From an uncultured Lachnospiraceae bacterium (GTDB taxonomy: Bacteria > Bacillota > Clostridia > Lachnospirales > Lachnospiraceae), in NCBI GenBank assembly GCA_947591245.1, contig CANQCY010000002.1, positions 36,911-100,910 on the forward strand: 64,000 nucleotides of DNA, in the 5' to 3' direction. The notes beneath the pieces were generated by a model that worked only from the letters and a program-made list of their open reading frames with translations, was not told the origin of the DNA and made no database searches. Position numbers and translations under genes: made by a program. Positions 57,834 through 64,000 of this stretch are shown piece by piece (within the stretch, counting starts at the first letter, position 1; each line of letters starts with the position of its first letter).

Positions 57834-58991
57834 CTACTCCGTTGCGTTTTCTCCGATGAAATCTTTTACGCGCATAACAAGCATATCGTCTCTCGGACGG
57901 CTTCCGGTGCTTTCTTTATAATCTGCTTCCAGTCCCTCAAGCGTATCCGGCTGTTCATCCGATTCCTCATACCCCAAGGCTTCCCTGAGCGCATTATCAT
58001 AGTAAGCGTCGTCCATCGTCACGCCCTCTTTTGCCGCAATCGTTTTCGCAATCATCACATCTCTTGCCGTATCTTTGGCCATCTCGTCCAAACCGTCATC
58101 ATCCATGCCAAACTGCGCGAACACGTCGTCTACCGATGCGCCGGTCAGTTCAGCAAGATCCTTATACCCCTGCTCGATTTCTGCCTTTATCTGCTCCAGC
58201 ATCTGTTCCGGGTAGGAATTTACCTCTACATTGTCACACACCTCATCCCACACCAGCTCCCCCTTGTCCTGGCGGTTTTCTTCAACCTGCATCGCCTTTT
58301 CATAATCATAATACTCCTGAACCGTTTTGTACTTTCCCTCCGAAATTTTTTCTGCCGCCCTCGCGCTGAATTTGCCCTTTACCTTGATCGTAAACTGCAC
58401 CGTTTTTCCGGCAAGAAGTTCATCATCATAGCTTGATGGAAATTTGCAGTCCACCGTCTTTTTTTCCCCTGTTTTGACGCCTATGATGCCCCGCTCAAAA
58501 TCGTCAATATACTCGCCTTTGCCAATCCAGATATACGCGTCCTCAGCCGACGCCTCTTCCAGTTTCACCCCGCCTAGTTTGCCCACAAAATCGACTTCAA
58601 CGATATCGCCGTCCAAAACCGTATCGTCGCCCTCCTTCTTCATTTTTGCCTCTTTCGCCGCCTCAACCATACTGGCGTACACATCTTCTTCCGCCGGCTC
58701 TACGTCGGCCTTCAGCCCCTTGTACTCTCCGAGCTTGATAAAGCCTGCCTCCTCAAAATCAAACGCCTCGCCGTCGGCAAGCTGATCCGCTTTTTCCTTC
58801 TGTTCGTCCTTCAGTTCCTCCGTTTCCGATGGAGCCGTCTGGTTCCGGTCGCTGCTTTTATCTCCAAAGCCCTTAATCAGCCACATTCCGCCAACGCCGA
58901 TCAAAATTCCGGCGGCAAGCATGCTTGCAGCAATGATAATGTTCTTTTTAAACGCTTTCTTTTTACCATAATTGTTTTTATCCCTGCCCAT
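57834..58991 (-). CDS. Membrane-anchored trigger-factor-like protein (FKBP PPIase + TF C-domain)
   Basis: N-terminal basic + TM segment; LGEYKGL, GDIVEVDFVG, YIDDFERGIIG and FPSSY...LAGKTVQF; no GFRxGxxP motif. Confidence 0.8.
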   Translation of the reverse strand: MGRDKNNYGKKKAFKKNIIIAASMLAAGILIGVGGMWLIKGFGDKSSDRNQTAPSETEELKDEQKEKADQLADGEAFDFEEAGFIKLGEYKGLKADVEPAEEDVYASMVEAAKEAKMKKEGDDTVLDGDIVEVDFVGKLGGVKLEEASAEDAYIWIGKGEYIDDFERGIIGVKTGEKKTVDCKFPSSYDDELLAGKTVQFTIKVKGKFSARAAEKISEGKYKTVQEYYDYEKAMQVEENRQDKGELVWDEVCDNVEVNSYPEQMLEQIKAEIEQGYKDLAELTGASVDDVFAQFGMDDDGLDEMAKDTARDVMIAKTIAAKEGVTMDDAYYDNALREALGYEESDEQPDTLEGLEADYKESTGSRPRDDMLVMRVKDFIGENATE

Positions 58992-59052
58992 GGCCTCAAA
59001 TCCCTCCTGAAAATTTACTTTATTGCTATAGAGATTGTATCACAACTTTGTG

Positions 59053-59094
59053 AAAAAAAAAAGAAAAGACAAAAACATTTTGCCTTTTCTTTTT
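59053..59094 (-). terminator. tmRNA terminator
   Basis: AGAAAAGGCAAAA-TGT-TTTTGTCTTTTCT followed by a long T run. Confidence 0.8.
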
Positions 59095-59101
59095 CTGACA
59101 A

Positions 59102-59440
59102 TGGACCTGGTGGGAGTTGAACCCACGTCCAAACCGGAATCCCATGTACTTCTACTATCATAGTTCATTGTTTGACATTCCCTCCGCCCGACGGAAATGA
59201 ACATCCTGCGGGTTTTAGTAGCTTCATAATACGCCCGCATACGCAAAGCTTAGTATGCGTCGTTTCCTACATCGTTGATGCCCGGGCCTTAAAGTGTAGG
59301 TGCCTTAAGTCGGACAGCAGCCATTAGGCTGCGTATGCTAAATTGTCTTCAGCGTTTATTTTTTTCTGCGTTTTAACGTGGCCGCAGCCCACGGATAGCT
59401 TCTCCATCTTCAGCCGGCCTGTCGAAACCAGTACAAGCCC
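59102..59440 (-). ncRNA. ssrA: tmRNA; tag peptide (A)AEDNLAYAA at 59324-59353; CCA not encoded
   Basis: 5' GGGCTTGTACTGGTTTCGAC and 3' GGACGTGGGTTCAACTCCCACCAGGTCCA; acceptor stem with the G3-U alanine determinant; tag ORF ending YAA-stop. Confidence 0.95.
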
Positions 59441-59467
59441 TGATTCATTTGCCGTATACCTATTGTC

Positions 59468-59496
59468 ATAATAGCAGATCTATCTCCTCTTGTCAA
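59468..59496 (-). promoter_or_regulatory. Sigma-A promoter for tmRNA
   Basis: TTGACA-17 bp-TATTAT with extended TG. Confidence 0.8.
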
Positions 59497-59501
59497 GCCG
59501 G

Positions 59502-59535
59502 AAAAAGCGGTTTCCCGCGCACCGACCGCTTTTTT
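59502..59535. terminator. Terminator downstream of the beta-xylosidase gene
   Basis: AAAAAGCGGT...ACCGCTTTTTT inverted repeat. Confidence 0.75.
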
Positions 59536-59599
59536 GCAAGCTTGCATTTATGCCTTATTCCGTTCGCGCAAACGAAAAGCCGCATCTGTTCCGCCCTTC

Positions 59600-61093
59600 C
59601 TAAATCCTTCCATATTCATAGCCCCGATCGCTTTCTATCCCCGCCTCCTGAATTTCAAAATACAGCACTCCGTTTTTCTTCACAACAAGCCCGGCGTCCA
59701 AGCGGCCGGACGCCGCAGCAAGCCGTTCGGTCTGGACAAGCGGCCTCGCCGCCTCCTGCAGCAGCTCCGTCTGCCTGCGATCCGGATTCGCCGGCTCGCC
59801 AAGATCATGCCATGCCTTGAGCGGATTGCAGACCGCCTCATCGACCGTTTTCGTCACAATGCAATACTGCTCCTTGTCGACCGGAATCTGCAGCCGGCAC
59901 TCCCATTCCTCACAGCCGCTCTCCCTCGTCAAGTTCCATGCGACGCCGCACACGGTTCCGTCCTTTTTGCGGACAACCACCATATGCCCGTCGCGGTACA
60001 GGCACGCTCCCTGCAATTTTTTATAGAAATAAAAAGTCCAAAACGTCGGCTTCGGAATACCCCCGTTCGCCACCAGGCCAAACCCGCCATGGAATGGCGT
60101 AAACGGCACCCCCTGTTCTTCAAACACATCTCCAAATGTCCAGTAGGAATATCCGGTACAATAGTCGCCGATTTCCGAAAGCATCCGAGCCAGATACGCT
60201 GCATTCTCATTTGTGTCGTGAACCGGCGCATTCGGAATGTAGGACGAATTAAATTCAGTGATATAAAACGGCAGGTCCTTATATTTATCATAGGATTCGA
60301 TGATTTTGCGGCAATCCTTAAGCGTACTAAACGCATATTCCGACGTATACAGCTCCACATAGCCATAATGGCCGGCAGGCTTCGGCAGCTCTGTCGTATA
60401 ATGATGTCTGGAAATAAAGTCGAGGGGCAGCTCTTTTTCAGAACAATGCGTCAAAAACCCTTTCATCCATTTTTCATCACAGCCCCCGCAGATTGCCGGG
60501 CCGCCCACCTGCAAGCCGGGATGCGCCTCCTTGATTGCATACGCCGTAAGTTCATACAGTTTGAAATACTCTTCCATGTCGGCATTCTCCCAGAACCCCG
60601 GCAGATTGGGCTCATTCCACACTTCAATCGGCCATGTCAGCACTTCTTCTTCACCGTAGCGGCGCATCAGATGCCGGATGGTTTCCTGCACAAGCTCGCA
60701 CCATTTTTTGTAATCCTGGGGCGGCGTCACATTTCCCTTCCAATAAAATTGCGTCTGCGTACCGGACGCAAGTTTTCCGGGCATAAAACCAAGTTCCAGA
60801 AACGGACGGATATTCAGCTCAAGATAGCCGTCTACAACCCGATCCAAATATGTGAAATTGTACTCTCTTTTCTTCTGTCCGCCTTCCGCCTCATATTCGT
60901 GATAAATCGCCATATCGTCACAAAACAGCCCATGTCCCCGTATATAAGAAAAACCGATCGTTTTCTGCACGAATGCAAGCTGTTCCCAATACTCCTTGTG
61001 CAGCGCCAGTCCCATCCTGCCCGTCCCCACGCAATAATCCACATTATTATTAAACGGAACCTCATGTTCCAGCGAAAGTTCTATTTTCTGCAT
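59600..61093 (-). CDS. xynB: Beta-xylosidase (GH39)
   Basis: VGTGR, YIRGHGLF, ELGFMP, EVWNEPNL acid/base, YITEFNSSY nucleophile, SYWTFGDVFEE and FHGGFGL. Confidence 0.92.
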   Translation of the reverse strand: MQKIELSLEHEVPFNNNVDYCVGTGRMGLALHKEYWEQLAFVQKTIGFSYIRGHGLFCDDMAIYHEYEAEGGQKKREYNFTYLDRVVDGYLELNIRPFLELGFMPGKLASGTQTQFYWKGNVTPPQDYKKWCELVQETIRHLMRRYGEEEVLTWPIEVWNEPNLPGFWENADMEEYFKLYELTAYAIKEAHPGLQVGGPAICGGCDEKWMKGFLTHCSEKELPLDFISRHHYTTELPKPAGHYGYVELYTSEYAFSTLKDCRKIIESYDKYKDLPFYITEFNSSYIPNAPVHDTNENAAYLARMLSEIGDYCTGYSYWTFGDVFEEQGVPFTPFHGGFGLVANGGIPKPTFWTFYFYKKLQGACLYRDGHMVVVRKKDGTVCGVAWNLTRESGCEEWECRLQIPVDKEQYCIVTKTVDEAVCNPLKAWHDLGEPANPDRRQTELLQEAARPLVQTERLAAASGRLDAGLVVKKNGVLYFEIQEAGIESDRGYEYGRI

Positions 61094-61815
61094 ATTTTTT
61101 TCCCCTTTTCTTTTTCATTGCAAAGCGCGTTCCAGATCACCCGCTGCAGTTCCACAGCCGTATCCTCATCATAATCCTCGTCCAAAAGCTCATTATTTGA
61201 AATAATGCGGAGCGCCACGCATGGCACGCCGCATGAACGGCACACGGAATAGACGGCAAAGCTTTCCATGTCTTCACTGAGATTTCCGAATTTATCATGA
61301 ATCCATAAGATCCGGTCTTTCTCCCGGCTGAACAGATCCCCGCTTCCAAGCGTACCGGTGACGGCCCTCCCCGTCTGCGTTCCGGCGCCGAGTGCATTTT
61401 CAAACATGCGCACCAATTCCTGATCCGCCTCAATATATTCCGTATGCATGCCGGACCAGTCCTGCGGCGACATGCCTTCGCCAAATCCGCGTTTCTCCAT
61501 TTTGATGGAATGAACATTGACCGCCTTATTCCCGATCACGATGTCCCCCCTCTTTAGGCCGCGAACGTGAGCGCCCGCTGTCCCCTGATTGATGATGAAA
61601 TCCGGATGATATTCATAGATCGCCGTCATCGTGGCGGCCGCCGCATTCGTCATTCCCATTTTCGTCAGTTCGATAACAATCTCCGCCTCCCCATCCCTTG
61701 CCGTATAAAATAGGCATCCGTTTTTTTCAACGGCGGACGCGCCTGCCATGATATCCCGCTCCAAATAGTAGCCGATCTCGCTTGGCATCGCCCCCTGTAT
61801 TAAAATCTTTTTCAT
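61081..61815 (-). CDS. mtnN: 5'-methylthioadenosine/S-adenosylhomocysteine nucleosidase
   Basis: GAMPSEI, GMTNAA, INQGTAG, SGDLF, DMES and RIISN motifs (PNP/UDP family). Confidence 0.8.
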   Translation of the reverse strand: MKKILIQGAMPSEIGYYLERDIMAGASAVEKNGCLFYTARDGEAEIVIELTKMGMTNAAAATMTAIYEYHPDFIINQGTAGAHVRGLKRGDIVIGNKAVNVHSIKMEKRGFGEGMSPQDWSGMHTEYIEADQELVRMFENALGAGTQTGRAVTGTLGSGDLFSREKDRILWIHDKFGNLSEDMESFAVYSVCRSCGVPCVALRIISNNELLDEDYDEDTAVELQRVIWNALCNEKEKGKKICRK

Positions 61816-61839
61816 AGAAGAAAGCCCCCGTTCTGCAAG

Positions 61840-61929
61840 GCGAACCGAGTTCGTCTTAACTTTGTCCGCCTTAACTTTGTCCGCCTTAACCAGGTTCACT
61901 TTAATAAAGTTCACCCTAACAATTCTGTA
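61840..61929. repeat. Degenerate 15-bp minisatellite, about 6 units, between fabH and mtnN
   Basis: CTTAACTTTGTCCGC twice exactly (61855, 61870), then CTTAACCAGGTTCAC, TTTAATAAAGTTCAC, CCTAACAATTCTGTA. Confidence 0.75.
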
Positions 61930-61931
61930 CC

Positions 61932-62906
61932 TTACCAGACAATCAGCGTCGCGCCCCATGTCAGTCCGCCGCCAAAGCCGGATAATACGATCTTATCCCC
62001 TTCCTCGATCAATCCGTTTCGGTTCAGTTCATCCAAAAGAATCGGTATGCTGGCCGACGACGTATTGCCGTAGCGGTCAAGGTTCATCGGAATCTTATCC
62101 ATATCCACTTTCAGCCGTTTGGCAATCAGTTCCAGAATTCTTCGGTTTGCCTGATGCAGTACATAAAACTTCACATCGTCCGGTTCCGTTCCGGTTCGCC
62201 TCAGAACCTGCTTAATATATTTAGGAACCGTCGTAACAGCAAAACGAAATACCGACTGCCCGTTCATCTGAATATAATCCTTTTTCCTCTTGCTCTTGTA
62301 AAACGGGTTCTGGATTCCCCTTCCCTTGCACGTAAGCACGTCTCCCTGAGTTCCATCGGAACCTGACACGCTGGCAACAATGCCTCCCTTCCCTTCGACA
62401 TTTTTCACTACAGCCGCTCCCGCGCCATCGCCAAACAGGATGCACGTGCTTCTGTCAGACCAGTCTACTTCGCGGGACAGCGTTTCCGCCCCGATGACAA
62501 GGGCTGTTTTCGCCATGCCGGTCTCAAGGTAGGCATTTACCGTATTGAGTGAAAAAAGAAACCCCGAACAGGCGGCATTCAGGTCAAAGCAGGTAGCTCT
62601 TATCGCGCCGATCTCCCCCTGAACCTGACACGCCGTACTTGGTACATATGTATCTGCGGACGCTGTCGCCACAATGATCAAATCCAGCTCCTCTGCCGAG
62701 ATTCCGGCGTCCTCCAATGCCGCATGCGCCGCCTGAATCGCCATAAACGTAGTGCCCTCTTTGCTGCCGCTGGACAAATGCCTCTCCTTAATTCCGGTAC
62801 GCTGGCTGATCCACTCGTCGTCCGTATCTACTATCGTCGATAAAAATTGGTTATCCGCCACATTTTCCGGCACATAACTTCCTGTTCCAATGATTTTAAC
62901 TGCCAT
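61932..62906 (-). CDS. fabH: 3-oxoacyl-ACP synthase III
   Basis: WISQRTGI, AACSGF, LFGDGAGA, HQANRRI, GNTSSAS and GFGGGLTWG motifs. Confidence 0.96.
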   Translation of the reverse strand: MAVKIIGTGSYVPENVADNQFLSTIVDTDDEWISQRTGIKERHLSSGSKEGTTFMAIQAAHAALEDAGISAEELDLIIVATASADTYVPSTACQVQGEIGAIRATCFDLNAACSGFLFSLNTVNAYLETGMAKTALVIGAETLSREVDWSDRSTCILFGDGAGAAVVKNVEGKGGIVASVSGSDGTQGDVLTCKGRGIQNPFYKSKRKKDYIQMNGQSVFRFAVTTVPKYIKQVLRRTGTEPDDVKFYVLHQANRRILELIAKRLKVDMDKIPMNLDRYGNTSSASIPILLDELNRNGLIEEGDKIVLSGFGGGLTWGATLIVW

Positions 62907-63016
62907 TTTTAGCCTCCATATGTCCAAGTCAAAAGATTCCTTTGACGCTCTTTGTAAAAGCAATTCGGTTTTCATTACTACATCATACGGTTTCGAAAAA
63001 ACTCCCCCAAACCAAA

Positions 63017-63047
63017 GTCAAGAGAGTCATTTTCAGACCCTCTTGAC
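63017..63047 (-). terminator. Hairpin downstream of efp, possible terminator
   Basis: GTCAAGAGGGTC-TGAAAAT-GACTCTCTTGAC followed by TTTGGTTT. Confidence 0.55.
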
Positions 63048-63121
63048 AATTGTGCATCATTCATCACCACAACCGAATAATAACCGCTATCTTACATTAA
63101 AACCAGCAAAAACCCGCGTCG

Positions 63122-63679
63122 TCAAATACGTTTTAAATATTCCCCCGTACGCGTGTCAATCTGAATTACATCACCCTGATTCACGAAAATAGGAACATTT
63201 ACCTGCGCTCCGGTCTCTACCATCGCCGGTTTCGTTACATTTGTCGCCGTATCGCCCTTGACGCCCGGCTCTGTTTCCGTCACTTCCAGTTCTGCGAACA
63301 TCGGCGGTTCCAGCGAGAAAATATTTCCCTTATAGGATACGATTTTCACCATATCATTTTCTTTCACAAATTTCATGGCGTCTCCGACGGTTTCTTCCGT
63401 CAATGCGATCTGATCATATGTCTCCATATCCATGAAATTGTACATATCGCCCTCTGCATACAAATACTGCATTTCCTTCTTATCTATATGCGCCTGCGGA
63501 TATTTCTCCGTCGGACGGAACGTCTTCTCTACGACCCCGCCGTCTACAACATTCTTTAACTTTGTACGGACGAAGGCAGCTCCCTTCCCCGGTTTTACAT
63601 GCTGAAATTCAATGATCTGAAAAACTGTTCCGTCAATCTCGATCGTCAGTCCGTTTTTAAAATCTCCTGCTGAAATCAT
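63122..63679 (-). CDS. efp: Elongation factor P
   Basis: [24 protein letters not shown] and DTRTGEY motifs. Confidence 0.97.
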   Translation of the reverse strand: MISAGDFKNGLTIEIDGTVFQIIEFQHVKPGKGAAFVRTKLKNVVDGGVVEKTFRPTEKYPQAHIDKKEMQYLYAEGDMYNFMDMETYDQIALTEETVGDAMKFVKENDMVKIVSYKGNIFSLEPPMFAELEVTETEPGVKGDTATNVTKPAMVETGAQVNVPIFVNQGDVIQIDTRTGEYLKRI

Positions 63680-63730
63680 GTTCAGTTCCTCCTACTTTTT
63701 AATATAAACAATCATGCTATTCCCTATTTT

Positions 63731-63759
63731 ATTATATTCAAGTAAATATTTCAAGTAAA
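63731..63759 (-). promoter_or_regulatory. Sigma-A promoter for efp
   Basis: TTTACT-17 bp-TATAAT; contains a TTCAAGTAAA direct repeat. Confidence 0.6.
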
Positions 63760-63789
63760 ACTTTTAGCAGGGCGGGACAATTGCTTAAA

Positions 63790-64000
63790 TTATTCAACAA
63801 TGCTGCTGATCCAGATTCCTTTTCGAATCAGCACATACCCCACAATTACTTTTACAATATCTGCCGCCTGCACGATCGCATAAATGCTTAGAATCGGCAG
63901 CTCCGTCATATAACACAAAAAAATGGCAAGCGGAAGCGTCGCCGCCCACGAGTACACGCTGTCAAACAAAAAGGTAATCAGCGTCTTTCCCCCCGAGCGC
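63790..64000 (-). CDS. MATE-family transporter, C-terminal fragment (starts beyond the window)
   Basis: Not in the ORF track. Reads RSGGKTLITFLFDSVYSW...LPLA...DIVKVIVGYVLIRKGIWISSIVE*, a typical MATE C-terminus. Confidence 0.75.
   Translation of the reverse strand, partial: RSGGKTLITFLFDSVYSWAATLPLAIFLCYMTELPILSIYAIVQAADIVKVIVGYVLIRKGIWISSIVE

Noticed and set aside
59040-59246. 68-aa ORF
   Set aside because: Overlaps the tmRNA 3' half and its terminator.
59534-61174. 546-aa plus-strand ORF antisense to the GH39 gene
   Set aside because: In-register shadow ORF explained by the same codon bias; no protein-like features.
1-64000. CRISPR array, IS element, prophage, tRNA or rRNA genes
   Set aside because: No repeat-spacer structure, transposase, integrase or phage genes seen; the only tRNA-like sequence is the tmRNA.

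Overview
64 kb of core chromosome from a spore-forming, probably motile Firmicute with Lachnospiraceae-like gene content and order. Almost all genes are on the minus strand. From the right end: MATE fragment, efp, fabH, mtnN, GH39 beta-xylosidase, tmRNA, a membrane-anchored trigger-factor-like protein, an OmpR-type two-component system, cheV, a large acidic membrane protein, hisH-hisF, ung, MoxR-DUF58-transglutaminase, LUD protein, topB, a GlmU-type acetyltransferase domain, rsmD, ylbJ, ackA, a 1571-aa Ig-repeat surface protein, recN, spoIVB, a YfhO/Wzx/GT-C glycosylation trio, typA plus a DUF2156 protein, a two-OB-fold SSB/PriB, a CobO-like gene, a lysine riboswitch heading dapA-dapB-murF-priA-def-fmt-rsmB-rlmN, then stp-pknB-rsgA-rpe and a sucrose locus (scrB, MBL hydrolase, scrA PTS, amylosucrase). 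I saw no CRISPR array, integrase, transposase or prophage. The least explained signals are: an 82-aa protein made of two C-X7-C-X7-C-X7-C modules, a 25-nt hairpin-plus-RBS element shared by dapB and ackA, a switch-like structured leader before the CobO-like gene, a folded ~147-nt element after ackA, and several short tandem repeats. All product calls come from motif recognition by eye; no database searches or folding programs were run. Many starts were moved from the ORF track to the RBS-supported codon.
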